A DNA stretch of 50,807 nt, taken from IMG/VR virus record IMGVR_UViG_3300035014_000028, positions 1 to 50,807 of that record; one strand, given 5' to 3'. The position numbers were made by a program, and so were the translations under genes. The notes beneath the pieces were generated by a model. It did no database searches, was not told the DNA's origin, and worked only from the letters and a program-made list of their open reading frames with translations. Positions 27,301 to 36,356 of the stretch are shown in pieces; position 1 is the first letter of the stretch; every line of letters starts with the position of its first letter. Origin of the DNA: a virus (taxonomy: Duplodnaviria; Caudoviricetes).

Positions 27301-28392
27301 TCAGCCCGCGACCGTCTCCAGCTCGGTCTTGGTCGCGGCGAATTTCTTGTGGTCGAGCCCCATCATCTGGCAGACGGCGAGCTCGTCGGCATCGAGGGCG
27401 CCGCCATCGCGCTTCGGCGTTTTGACGATGCCGCCGGCGTTGATCGAGACCATGCCGTTGATCTCGGTCTCGACCGCCGTGGCGTCCGTCTGGTGGCGCG
27501 TGACGTAGTGGTCGCGCAGCGCCCGGATCGGCTTGCCGGCGGCGATCGCGCCGTCGATGAAGGCGACGGCCTTGTCCTTGGCGCCCTCGGCCGCGAGCGT
27601 GTCGAGGCGCGACTGCAGGCTGACCACGGTCCGGCGCAACTCGGCCGCGTCGCCGCCCCTGGCCTGGAGATGGGTCTCCAGCTCGGACGGGGTCAGCTTG
27701 GCGAGGTCGAGCCCGGCCGTCTTGAAATGGGTGGAGATCGCGCCGAGCTTGCCGGCGTCGGCGGCATGGGCCGTGACCTGGGCGAGGAGATCGGCTGGCG
27801 CGGCGTCGGCCTTCAGACCGGCGGCGTTCAGCAGCGCGACATGGGCCGTGACGAGCGCGGCGTGGGAGGTGACGGCGGTGAGGATCGCGTCCTCGGCCGC
27901 GTCGTCCTTGAGGCCGAGCGCCTGGCGCAGTTTTGCGAGATCCATGATGGGCGTCCTCGAATGAAGGGTGGTGAGGGTGAGGTTGGGATCGTTGGTCAAA
28001 GCGGCGCGCAGCAGCTTCACGACCCGCCCGCCGGCCGTCTCGCTGACGAAGACAGGCGAAATCCCGCGATATTCGTGCTCCTCGACGAGGCGCTTTCCGG
28101 ACGCGGTCCAGTCGACCCTGCCCCAGAGGCCGTCGTCGCGGAGCTGCATCTCGACGATCCAGCCACGGGCCGGGGCGGGACGCCCCTCCGGCGCCGCTTT
28201 GTCGATGGAATGGTTCTCGTCGATCGGCAGCTTGCCGGCCGCCATCGAGGCGCGGATCACATCATCTGCCGCCTCCAGCTTGAACGGTCCCCGACCGTCC
28301 GCCCCCGAAAAAGACCCGGCCGGCGTCAGGTGGATCCACTCGGGAGCACCGCCGGCCGGGATCTGGAAGTGAAGGGAGGAAGTCGTCGTCAT
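27301..28392 (-). CDS. Mu gpI-like prohead protease/scaffold
   Basis: PEWIHLTPAG, DGRGP, PIDENH, APARGWI, VDWT, EYRGISPVF, ALTNDPNL; possible internal scaffold start MDLAKL. Confidence 0.93.
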   Translation of the reverse strand: MTTTSSLHFQIPAGGAPEWIHLTPAGSFSGADGRGPFKLEAADDVIRASMAAGKLPIDENHSIDKAAPEGRPAPARGWIVEMQLRDDGLWGRVDWTASGKRLVEEHEYRGISPVFVSETAGGRVVKLLRAALTNDPNLTLTTLHSRTPIMDLAKLRQALGLKDDAAEDAILTAVTSHAALVTAHVALLNAAGLKADAAPADLLAQVTAHAADAGKLGAISTHFKTAGLDLAKLTPSELETHLQARGGDAAELRRTVVSLQSRLDTLAAEGAKDKAVAFIDGAIAAGKPIRALRDHYVTRHQTDATAVETEINGMVSINAGGIVKTPKRDGGALDADELAVCQMMGLDHKKFAATKTELETVAG

Positions 28393-28399
28393 CCCCGCC

Positions 28400-28448
28400 A
28401 ATCTGGCGGGAGCGCCCTGGGCGCGACAGGCCCCGATCTCGGGGCCTC
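28400..28448 (-). promoter_or_regulatory. Putative late promoter upstream of gpI (Mu PI analogue)
   Basis: AGGCCCCGA-TC-TCGGGGCCT 28428-28447, 22 bp, CAGATT, 7 nt, ATG. Confidence 0.78.
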
Positions 28449-28460
28449 GGGGGCAGGCGG

Positions 28461-29000
28461 TCAGCGCCGGCGCGTCACCGATGATGACCCGGAAGCCGTG
28501 GCGCGGGCAAGTGCGCCTTCGACGACGTCGAGGATCATGACCTGGTCCTGGCTGCTGATCCCGAGATAGGGGCGAGCCGGGATCGTGACCGACTTCGCAT
28601 GGACGACGCGGTTGCCCAGCTTGAAGACCAGCTTGCCGCCGTGCTTCGGCCGGATCACCCCGCCGAAATGGTGGATCGCGCCATAGACCTTGTTGGTGCC
28701 GACCTGGACGTCGGACGTGCCGGCCCGATAGGTGATCGAGCCCTGCAGTCCGCCGCGCATGCCCTTCTCGCGCAGGATGCCCGGCCCTCGCTTGCCGCTG
28801 GCATAGACAGGGTTCAGCGCCTTCCAGGGCGCGCCGTCGGGATCGTGGCCGGCGTCGAAGCGGTCCTGCGTCGAGGCGACCAGGCCGGTGCCGATCGCCC
28901 GCATCACCGGGCGCGTATCCGCCATCACGGCGGCGAGCCGGGCGAAACCGGCCTGCGCCTGCGTCGCATCCATGCGCGTGATCAGGACGATCCCGGTCAT
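28461..29000 (-). CDS. Mu gpG-like virion morphogenesis protein
   Basis: MRAIG, RFD...PDG.PW, VGTNKVYGAIHHFGG, IPARPYLGIS. Confidence 0.92.
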   Translation of the reverse strand: MTGIVLITRMDATQAQAGFARLAAVMADTRPVMRAIGTGLVASTQDRFDAGHDPDGAPWKALNPVYASGKRGPGILREKGMRGGLQGSITYRAGTSDVQVGTNKVYGAIHHFGGVIRPKHGGKLVFKLGNRVVHAKSVTIPARPYLGISSQDQVMILDVVEGALARATASGSSSVTRRR

Positions 29001-29001
29001 C

Positions 29002-29030
29002 TTGCTTTCGTCCGCGGTTCGACCCAGATT
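29002..29030 (+). promoter_or_regulatory. Putative sigma70 promoter firing antisense toward the MuF 3' end
   Basis: TTGCTT (29002-29007), 17 bp, CAGATT (29025-29030); predicted start lies at the base of a long stem. Confidence 0.5.
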
Positions 29031-29033
29031 GAG

Positions 29034-29103
29034 GCGGGCGCCTGAGTCATCCGTACCCCGACCATCTGCGTCGCGGGGGAATAACGACCCCCCAGGCGCC
29101 CGC
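29034..29103 (+). ncRNA. Candidate ~70-nt tRNA-shaped RNA abutting the MuF stop codon
   Basis: 11-bp closing stem GCGGGCGCCTG/CAGGCGCCCGC, arm CGAC-CATCTGC-GTCG, arm GGGGG-AATAACGA-CCCCC directly adjacent to the closing stem. Confidence 0.5.
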
Positions 29104-30324
29104 TCATCGCTTCACCCGCTCCAGCCGCCGCAACGCCTTGGCGTGACCGCGCACGCCTGTCTGCCTGAAGGTCGGCACGATCAATCGTTCGCCGCCATCC
29201 GGGCGCGCGACCCGGCGCAGCACGAGTTCGAGACGCCGTCCGGCCGCGTCGAGATCGTGGAACACCAGCTGGCGGTGGCCCTTGGCGGAAATCCTGTCGT
29301 CGAGGAAGACGTCGGCGCGATCGACGATCACCTGCAGGCGCGACCAGTCCTTGGCCGTGATCTCGGGATGGGCGCTTGAGGCGCGGCCGCCGAGGCGCGC
29401 CGCCTCGCCGGCGACCTTGGCCACGCGGAAGGCCGAGAGCTCGACATCGCTGCGGCCGCCGCCGAGCACCGTCGCGAGCGCCTCGGGCAGTCGCGCCGCG
29501 ATCACGCTCTCGGCCGGGTCGCCGATCTCGCCGGTCCGCACGCGTTCGGCGAAGCGGCCGACCTCGGCCGGCGCGACCGGGCCGGCGGCGACCTGCGCCG
29601 GCGACAGTCCCGGCACGCTGGCGCCGGGCGCGTTCTGCCAGACCTGGCCGGGGTTGTAGTCGAAGCCCGGATCCACGCCCTGGCTGCCGTGCAGAACCTC
29701 GCCGGTGCGGCGATTGACCGTGCGCGTCGGGATCCGCTCCGGCGCCTGGTCGAGGCCGGTACGGCCCTGCCGCTTCAGCCCGGACTCCGAGACGGGGCGG
29801 ACCCGGCAGCCGCACCCCCAGCCGTTCGGCGGATAGGCCCAGTCCCAGAACGGATCGGTCGCCGCGAGCACCATGCCGTTCCAGGCGAGATGCTGCTTGC
29901 GCGGATGGCGCGCGCCGGAATGGACATATTGCCAGTAAGGGAAGGCGGCGAGCGTCTCGGCCTGCGTCTGCTGCTTGTAGCGGCCCGCCGAATAAGCCAT
30001 CGACAGGTTGGTCTCGTAGATCACCCGCGAGCGCCAGCCCGGCCGCCCGGTATGCGCCCAGCCGTGCTTCTCGACGATGCCGTCGAAACCCTTGCGGAAC
30101 TCGTCGAGCGTCGTGCCCTGGCTCAGCGCGCGATCGACCTCGCGGCGGAAATCCTCGACCAGGGCCTCGGTGGTCGCGCCGGCCACAGTGAAGCCCTTGG
30201 CGTTGGCCTTCTGCCAAACGTCGGTCCAGCCGGTCGAGGTGACGTTGGTCTTCTGGCGCAGGTAGTCGATCGCCTCCGCGAAGGGCAGATCGACGGCCGC
30301 GGAGGTGCCGCCGGAACCGGTCAC
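29104..30324 (-). CDS. Mu gpF-like head morphogenesis protein with C-terminal nuclease-like (PBECR-type) extension
   Basis: LPFAEAI, FTVAG, IYETN, PYWQY, HLAWNG, YPPNGWGCGC, DPGFDYNPG, then ~170 extra aa with HPEIT..DW..L and terminal LIVPTFR. Confidence 0.88.
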   Translation of the reverse strand: MTGSGGTSAAVDLPFAEAIDYLRQKTNVTSTGWTDVWQKANAKGFTVAGATTEALVEDFRREVDRALSQGTTLDEFRKGFDGIVEKHGWAHTGRPGWRSRVIYETNLSMAYSAGRYKQQTQAETLAAFPYWQYVHSGARHPRKQHLAWNGMVLAATDPFWDWAYPPNGWGCGCRVRPVSESGLKRQGRTGLDQAPERIPTRTVNRRTGEVLHGSQGVDPGFDYNPGQVWQNAPGASVPGLSPAQVAAGPVAPAEVGRFAERVRTGEIGDPAESVIAARLPEALATVLGGGRSDVELSAFRVAKVAGEAARLGGRASSAHPEITAKDWSRLQVIVDRADVFLDDRISAKGHRQLVFHDLDAAGRRLELVLRRVARPDGGERLIVPTFRQTGVRGHAKALRRLERVKR

Positions 30325-30468
30325 GGGACGGCTCCGCGGCCGAGCCGCAGGGAAGCCCGTACAGGCCAGAGGACCGCCGCCGCGGCGATGCCCCGGAAAA
30401 TTCGGACGCTGCCGCCCACGGCGTTGAATACCACTTGAACGCGCGAATTGAGCGCAAGGCCCCGGATG

Positions 30469-32091
30469 CTAGCTGCGCTTGCCACCACGGGGTCCGCCGA
30501 TCTCGTCGAGGAGGGCCGCCCGGCCGGTCAGATGCGCCAGCGCCAGGCCGCGGCCGAGCGCGTCGGCCAAGGCCCGCGGATCGAGCTGCATCAGCGAGAG
30601 GCGCTGGGCGAGATCGTGCAGATCGCTGGCGGCGTCGAAGGCGGCGCGGAGCTCAGCGGTCATGCCCGCCATCGCGCCGGCGGCGTCCAGCGCGACGCGT
30701 TCGGTCAGATCGTCGACGAACTCGGGCTCCGGCGCGCTGGCGTGGCGCGAGACGAGATGGCGGAGCTGGTCGAGGCCGGGCGCGGGCTTGGGCAGGCCGG
30801 TGCCACCGACGCCCGGCAGCTTCGGCTCGGGTGGCGGCGCGCGGCCGCCGATCACCTCGGTTCCGGGCTCCGGCTCGGAGAAGCCGAGCCGATCGCGCAT
30901 CTCGCCGACCTCGACGGTCAGGCCGAGCGGGCCGAGATCGCGCAGCGCGCCGACCACCTCGGCGAGCGGCACCTCGTCCGGGCGGCCGATGTTGATGCGC
31001 GGATACTTCGCCTGCGGCCCGAAATTCAGGGCGATGATGAGGGGCACGAGCTGCCTGGTCAGAGAGGCCGAGAGCAGCTTGGCGTCGGCGCGCTCCAGAT
31101 CCTCCTGGACCAGGCGATGCTCCTGGGCGACGGCGTGGCCGCCGGAGACGGCGTCCGTCGTCGTGGTCTGGCCGAGCACGAGCTTGGAGATCTGGCGATC
31201 GAGCCAGTCCGCGCGACGCTCGTAGAGCTGTCCCGGCGTGCCCGTGCCCTTGTCGACCGAGACGAAATCGATCTCCATCTCCTTCGGAATGATCGCGGCG
31301 CAGTCGCCGGCGATGTTGGCGACGGCGCGCCAGAGCACGGCCTTGTCGTCGTCCGAGGCGGCGCGGTCGAACTTCCCGACTCGCGTCGGCATGCCGTAAT
31401 TCTGGGTGAAGATCGCCCAGTCCTTGGCGGTGAAGGCCTTGTACATCCAGGCCCAGGAGGCGACGCGGGCGAGGCCGGAACGGATCGTCAGCCCGCTCTT
31501 GGCCTTGTGGCGATGGACGACGAATTTGTGCGGCGACAGCGGCTCTCGCGTGACGCCTTCCGCGAGCACGACGGTCTCGCCATCCGTCTGGTCGAAATCG
31601 AACCAGCGCTGCGGGCGATAGTCGAAGCAGCGCGGCAGCACGGCGTCCGGCGTCGATTCCCAGTCGGTCTCCATGACCGAGAAGCCCTTGCCGATGGCGT
31701 CGAGCAAGTCGAACAGCGCCAGTTCGAGGACGCCCTCTTTCAGCCACTCGGCCAGAAAATCCTTGTGGCGGACATGGTCCTTGTCGTCGCTGGCCGCCTC
31801 GACATTGATCGGGAGCTGGGCGATGGCGCGCCGGCGCGTGCCCAGCACCGAGAGATAATGCGGGTCGCGCTCCTCGATATCCTCGGCGAGCTCGAACCAG
31901 GCCAGCGGGCTGCCGCTCGCCGCGGCGCGGTGGATCGAGGCGAGGCGCGTGGGCGTCAGGCCGTCGGCCGGATAACCCGAGATCGGCGAGCGCACGCCGG
32001 CGAGCGTCGGCCCGGCCTTGGGCGGCCCGAACAGCTCATCATAGTCGATCGGCTCGCCGTCGGGGCCGAGCAGCTTGGAAAGGCGCGCCAT
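30469..32091 (-). CDS. Portal protein, DUF935 / Mu gp29-like
   Basis: IEERDPHY, LLDAIGKGFS, YGMP.RVGK, ISKLVLGQT. Confidence 0.94.
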   Translation of the reverse strand: MARLSKLLGPDGEPIDYDELFGPPKAGPTLAGVRSPISGYPADGLTPTRLASIHRAAASGSPLAWFELAEDIEERDPHYLSVLGTRRRAIAQLPINVEAASDDKDHVRHKDFLAEWLKEGVLELALFDLLDAIGKGFSVMETDWESTPDAVLPRCFDYRPQRWFDFDQTDGETVVLAEGVTREPLSPHKFVVHRHKAKSGLTIRSGLARVASWAWMYKAFTAKDWAIFTQNYGMPTRVGKFDRAASDDDKAVLWRAVANIAGDCAAIIPKEMEIDFVSVDKGTGTPGQLYERRADWLDRQISKLVLGQTTTTDAVSGGHAVAQEHRLVQEDLERADAKLLSASLTRQLVPLIIALNFGPQAKYPRINIGRPDEVPLAEVVGALRDLGPLGLTVEVGEMRDRLGFSEPEPGTEVIGGRAPPPEPKLPGVGGTGLPKPAPGLDQLRHLVSRHASAPEPEFVDDLTERVALDAAGAMAGMTAELRAAFDAASDLHDLAQRLSLMQLDPRALADALGRGLALAHLTGRAALLDEIGGPRGGKRS

Positions 32092-33780
32092 CTAGAGGCT
32101 CCTGCGCAGCCGCGGCAGCATGGTGCTGCGCGGTTCGTCGTCGTCGGCGCCAAAGCCGCGGGGGCCGTCCAATGCGACCGGGCCCGAGCCGGTGACGGCC
32201 TGATAGCTGTAGGCGACGATCACCATCAGCGAGGCGAAATGCGCCAGCGCGGCGGCGATCGCGGCGTCGCCATGGCGGGTGCGCTTCTTGCCGTCGGCGG
32301 CACCCTCGCCCTTCTCCGTCGTGCGGGTCTTCGGCACGCGGGCAACCCCGTCGATCATCTTGATCAGCCGGAAGTCGCTGCCGGTATCGTGGTCCTTCGG
32401 CAGGTCCATGCCGGCGGCTTCGAGGGTCGCCTTCAGCGGCGGCATGTTTTCGCGATACCAGTCGACCGTGAACTTGACCTGGGCGATGCGCTCCATCCCG
32501 TATTTCTGGGCAGTGCGCTCGGCGTGCGCGGCGCCGTTGCCGCCGGCATCGAGCGCGCCGCCGGCGAAGCGCGGCAGGCGGTCGATCAGCCACCAAAGCA
32601 CGAGCTGCTGCTCGTCGAAGGGGATGTTCCGGAGTTCGATCGTGAACGGGCAATAGCGGTGCATGCCCTTGGTCATCTGGATCGGCCAGATCACCGAGAG
32701 GTCGGCGACGCGGCCGAAGTCCTGGCCGAAGAAGCTCTGCAGGCCGGGCAGGACGCGATAGAGCTGCGGCTCGACCACGGCCGCGAGCCAGGCCTCGGCC
32801 GCCGATTTGCGCAACCAGGCGGGCTCGGCCGCGAAGCCCGCCGGCATCTCCCAGCGCAGCACGGGCGCGTCCGCGCGCATGTTCGCCTCGACCACGGCCG
32901 GGAGCAGCCAGACGCCCGAACCCTCGGACGGGATGCAGAACAGCTCCTCGTCGGCGCCGGCGCCGTAGTGCCGGATGATCCCGGCCCGCCAGGCGGCCTC
33001 GCCGGCGGGCGTCCAGGCCTCGCCCTTGCGCTGGCAGATGCGCTGATAGAGGCCGTCGCGCAGCGCGTCGTCGAAATCGATCCGGACCAGGCCGTAGTCG
33101 TAGACGCCGGCGCGGATGTCCTTGACGTACTGGTTGAAGGTGTTGGCCTCACCGTCATGGGTCGAGATCACCACGACCATGCCGCCCCAGATCAGCAGCG
33201 CCATCGCCGCCTTGAGCAGCTCGGCGAGATCGTCGTGGAAAGCGGCCTCGTCGACGATCACGTAGCCCTGCTTGCCGCGGAGCGATCGCGGGCGGGACGG
33301 CAGCGCCACGATCTCGTAGCCGGAAGCGAAGCGGATCCGGAAGGCCTTGATCTGCCGGGTCTCGCCGCTGGCTGGATCGAAGTCCTCGAACAGGAATTCG
33401 CCGCTCTCGACCGCGGCTTTCGAGAACAGTCTCGCCCACATGCCGCAGACGTCGATGAACTCCTGGGCCATCTCCAGATTGTAGCCGATGTAGAAGCTGT
33501 CCATGCCGCCGGCGGCATGCTCGGCCGCCGAGACGAGCACCGCGTCCGAGGCGAAGGCCCAGGTCAGCCCGGTGCGCCGGCTCTTCTCGATGAAGGTGAC
33601 CGCGTGGGTCAGGCGTTCGCGGATCGAGCGCTTCTGATAGCCGAGCAGGATCTCGAAGCGCGGCAGCTCCTGGAGTTCGGGCGGCAGGCCGTAGAGCGAT
33701 TCCTTGCGCAGCCGCTCCCATTCCGCAGCCGTGATGGCCCGGCCGATCGCGATATCCTCGGCCTGCGGCAGCGCGCTCAT
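32092..33780 (-). CDS. Terminase large subunit, Mu gp28-like
   Basis: EKSRRTGLTW, LRGKQG, VDEAAFH, ISTHDG, GQDFGR..DLS, HGDAAIA. Confidence 0.95.
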   Translation of the reverse strand: MSALPQAEDIAIGRAITAAEWERLRKESLYGLPPELQELPRFEILLGYQKRSIRERLTHAVTFIEKSRRTGLTWAFASDAVLVSAAEHAAGGMDSFYIGYNLEMAQEFIDVCGMWARLFSKAAVESGEFLFEDFDPASGETRQIKAFRIRFASGYEIVALPSRPRSLRGKQGYVIVDEAAFHDDLAELLKAAMALLIWGGMVVVISTHDGEANTFNQYVKDIRAGVYDYGLVRIDFDDALRDGLYQRICQRKGEAWTPAGEAAWRAGIIRHYGAGADEELFCIPSEGSGVWLLPAVVEANMRADAPVLRWEMPAGFAAEPAWLRKSAAEAWLAAVVEPQLYRVLPGLQSFFGQDFGRVADLSVIWPIQMTKGMHRYCPFTIELRNIPFDEQQLVLWWLIDRLPRFAGGALDAGGNGAAHAERTAQKYGMERIAQVKFTVDWYRENMPPLKATLEAAGMDLPKDHDTGSDFRLIKMIDGVARVPKTRTTEKGEGAADGKKRTRHGDAAIAAALAHFASLMVIVAYSYQAVTGSGPVALDGPRGFGADDDEPRSTMLPRLRRSL

Positions 33781-34340
33781 GTCGGCTTGTCCGCGAGGTT
33801 GAGGAACTCGTCGCGCAGCTCGTCGACGCGCTCCTTCGACAAACCGGCCTTCTTGGCGACGGCGGCGAGCGCGCCGGCGGTCTTCTTCTTGAAATCGTCC
33901 TCCAGCTTGGAGCGGCGGGCGCTCGACATCGCCTGGCCCTTGATCGTGTCGTGGAAGGCGCGCGCCAGCTCCATCGCGCCCTTCGACGACTGGCTGTCCT
34001 GCTGGGCGACCTCGAACACCAGCATCTTGATGAACTCGCCGAGCACGATCGAATTCTCGTCGACCTTTTCGGGCGTGAACTGGTCGGCGATGCCCGTGAA
34101 GATGTGGCGCGCCTCGGCGAGCCGGATCTGCGCGGCGCGCAGCTTCAGCGCCTTGCGGTTGAAGGCCGAGGGCGAGATCGGCTCGACGCCCTTGGTGACG
34201 AGGCGATCATTGAGCTCGAACAGGATGTCGGCCTGGGTGCGCTGGCGCTGGTTGAGCTCGCCGATCGCCCAGACGATCTCGTCCTGGGCGTGCTCGGGCA
34301 CCAGGTCGATCGAGGAGAGCCGGCCGCTCGGGCGCTGCAT
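33777..34340 (-). CDS. DUF3486 / Mu gp27-like protein (putative small terminase)
   Basis: GRLSSIDLVP, TQADIL.ELN, ISPSAFNR, KKAGLS; ATGA-coupled to terminase. Confidence 0.88.
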   Translation of the reverse strand: MQRPSGRLSSIDLVPEHAQDEIVWAIGELNQRQRTQADILFELNDRLVTKGVEPISPSAFNRKALKLRAAQIRLAEARHIFTGIADQFTPEKVDENSIVLGEFIKMLVFEVAQQDSQSSKGAMELARAFHDTIKGQAMSSARRSKLEDDFKKKTAGALAAVAKKAGLSKERVDELRDEFLNLADKPT

Positions 34341-34344
34341 CGGG

Positions 34345-34647
34345 TCAGCCTCGGCTCGGGCGCTTGACGCCGTCGAGGACCAGCCGGGACTGGACGTGGT
34401 CCTCGCCATGGGTGGTGATCGTCGCGATCAGCACGGTCCCGACCTCGGTCAGCCTGACGCCGCCGACCTCCGCGAGCCGGCGCATCCGGGCGCGGACCCA
34501 GTCGCGGGTGCGGTTGTGGCCGAAGGCCTTGACCACCTCGACCAGGATCGAATCCGAGAGCGAGCCATCGGTCTGGACCGCGAGCTCCTTCAGGATGACG
34601 AGACAGGCGTCCTCTTCGACGAGGGCGGAGAAATCCGGGCGGGTCAT
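34345..34647 (-). CDS. Mu gp26-like winged-helix protein
   Basis: LVILKEL, RDWVR..M..L, ATIT..G.DHV, GVKRPS. Confidence 0.82.
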   Translation of the reverse strand: MTRPDFSALVEEDACLVILKELAVQTDGSLSDSILVEVVKAFGHNRTRDWVRARMRRLAEVGGVRLTEVGTVLIATITTHGEDHVQSRLVLDGVKRPSRG

Positions 34648-35063
34648 CGGCTGGGCGATCCATCGCTGTTTCGGGCGGGAAAGAGGGCGTCGGCCGACGC
34701 CTTGAACAGGAACTCCTCGATCCGGCCGACGCCGGCGGCCGTGGCGCGACTCTCCTGCGCCATCGCCTTCATGTCACCGGATAGGGCGATCACCTGCTTT
34801 TCGAGATCGTGCACCGAGCGCTGGGTGGGAAGACTGGCGATCGAGCGCTCCAGCATGTGCATGGACTGCTCGGTGGTTCCGACCTTGTGTTCGACCGCCG
34901 TCAGCCTGGTCTCGATCGCGACGAGCTTTTCCGTCGCGCTCGCCGGCACTGCCGGCGCCGGAGTGGTGCGACGCACCAGCACGATCAGCAGCATCAGCCC
35001 GAACAGGACGACGCCTATGATGATTGCCATCGTCGGATCCGCGATCGAGACGGTCTCACTCAT
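34644..35063 (-). CDS. DUF2730 / Mu gp25-like membrane-anchored coiled-coil protein
   Basis: N-terminal TM, RLTAVE, LP....HDLE, RIEEFL. Confidence 0.75.
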   Translation of the reverse strand: MSETVSIADPTMAIIIGVVLFGLMLLIVLVRRTTPAPAVPASATEKLVAIETRLTAVEHKVGTTEQSMHMLERSIASLPTQRSVHDLEKQVIALSGDMKAMAQESRATAAGVGRIEEFLFKASADALFPARNSDGSPSR

Positions 35064-35437
35064 GAGCCGAGCTCCGAAGCCTCGATCGAGGCGACCGTGC
35101 GCTTCCCGGCGAGCACATCACGAAACAGATCGATCAGCCGGCGCTGCTGGGCTCGCATCAGCTCGATCGCGACCGTCGCCTCCGACAAGGCGCGCTGGAG
35201 CTGCTCCTTGTCGTTCTGCAGCGTCTCTACCTCGGCCCGCAGCGATTCCTCGACCTTGGTGAGCCGGTCGACGGCCGCGAGGAGCTTCGACTGGAAATCC
35301 GACTGCTGAAACAGGTTCGCGGTGCGGGCGAACAGGATCACGCCGAGGATTCCGGCGACCAGAAGCGCGATGACGATCGCGCCTGCGACGCCAGTGGTCG
35401 ATACGACGCGGACGGCGATGTCCTCCAGCCCTCCCAT
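35060..35437 (-). CDS. Single-TM coiled-coil protein in lysis region
   Basis: 125 aa; hydrophobic segment about residues 16-36 then heptad-rich tail; coupled at both ends. Confidence 0.7.
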   Translation of the reverse strand: MGGLEDIAVRVVSTTGVAGAIVIALLVAGILGVILFARTANLFQQSDFQSKLLAAVDRLTKVEESLRAEVETLQNDKEQLQRALSEATVAIELMRAQQRRLIDLFRDVLAGKRTVASIEASELGS

Positions 35438-35874
35438 CAGCGCACCCGGCGCGGCAGGAGCCCGACATGGATGGCGCCGAGCAGCGCGAAGACGCCGAGG
35501 ATTGAATAGGCGAAGACGCCGGTCGAGACATCGACGCTGAGGAAGCTCGCGGCGACGCAGAGCCACATCCAGCTCGATCCGAGCGCGCAAGCCATCCGCC
35601 AGTTGCGCCAGGCCAGTTGAACGAGCCCGACGGCATGGCCGATCGTCAAAGTGGCCGTGAAGGCGATCCAGGCCGGATCGGGCAGCCAGGACATGCCGAC
35701 GAAGGCACCGACATCGAACTTCTCCGGCCGCATCACCATGAGCCAGGTCCAGGCGGCCGCAAGCGCTCCGAAGACGCCGTCGATGCACGGCGCGTCATGG
35801 CGGAAGCACCAGGTCGCCAGCCGCAACACCGGCCGTACGAGTGGGACGAGGAGGACGTTCATACGCTGTGGCAT
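35437..35874 (-). CDS. Multi-pass (about 4 TM) membrane protein, holin candidate
   Basis: Four hydrophobic segments, basic C-terminus, lysis cassette position; start could be TTG 35880. Confidence 0.65.
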   Translation of the reverse strand: MPQRMNVLLVPLVRPVLRLATWCFRHDAPCIDGVFGALAAAWTWLMVMRPEKFDVGAFVGMSWLPDPAWIAFTATLTIGHAVGLVQLAWRNWRMACALGSSWMWLCVAASFLSVDVSTGVFAYSILGVFALLGAIHVGLLPRRVR

Positions 35875-35876
35875 GG

Positions 35877-36344
35877 TCAAGCCGCCGGCGCTGGGACGGT
35901 CAGCGAGGAGGGCATGCCGGCTCCGAGCTTGAGCTGCGTCGCCGTCGAGGTCAGCATGTCGGCGAGGAAATCGTCGTCATGAAGCTTGAAGCGCGCGATC
36001 GGATCGGGCGCGGCCTGGCGGACGTAGTCGAGCCCCTTCTGCAGCGCGAGCTGCTTTGCCTCGGCGGGCGACACGCCTTTCGCCAGCAGCTCAGTCATGG
36101 AGGCGATGAAGAGACCGGCGCCGGTGCGTAGCGACAGATGCAGGCTGGCGCGATGGGCGGAATCGATCTTGATCCCGAGCAAGCGCTCGCAGACGTAGAC
36201 GATCGCGCCGGTCAGAGCCGTGGCGATACCCCACGCGCCGATCTCGGCGAGGCCGACCGGGGCGGCCGCGGCATCGGCCGCGAGCGCCGCGCCGATCAGC
36301 GACAGCGCGGCGATCGGCACCAGCATCAGGGTTTGAAGACGCAT
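35877..36344 (-). CDS. Membrane protein in lysis cassette (holin-like)
   Basis: AAAGGA RBS; signal/TM segments, then HRASLH..L.TGA and DYV....PD.IARF. Confidence 0.7.
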   Translation of the reverse strand: MRLQTLMLVPIAALSLIGAALAADAAAAPVGLAEIGAWGIATALTGAIVYVCERLLGIKIDSAHRASLHLSLRTGAGLFIASMTELLAKGVSPAEAKQLALQKGLDYVRQAAPDPIARFKLHDDDFLADMLTSTATQLKLGAGMPSSLTVPAPAA

Positions 36345-36356
36345 TGAACGGTCCTT

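Noticed and set aside
29034-29103. A genuine tRNA gene
   Set aside because: No D-arm, no TTC T-loop, no U33, and an 11-bp rather than 7-bp terminal stem; kept only as a tRNA-shaped candidate RNA.
30448-35262. 1604-aa + strand ORF
   Set aside because: Antisense shadow of the portal, terminase and DUF3486 genes; no recognisable motifs, and such open frames are expected in GC-rich DNA.
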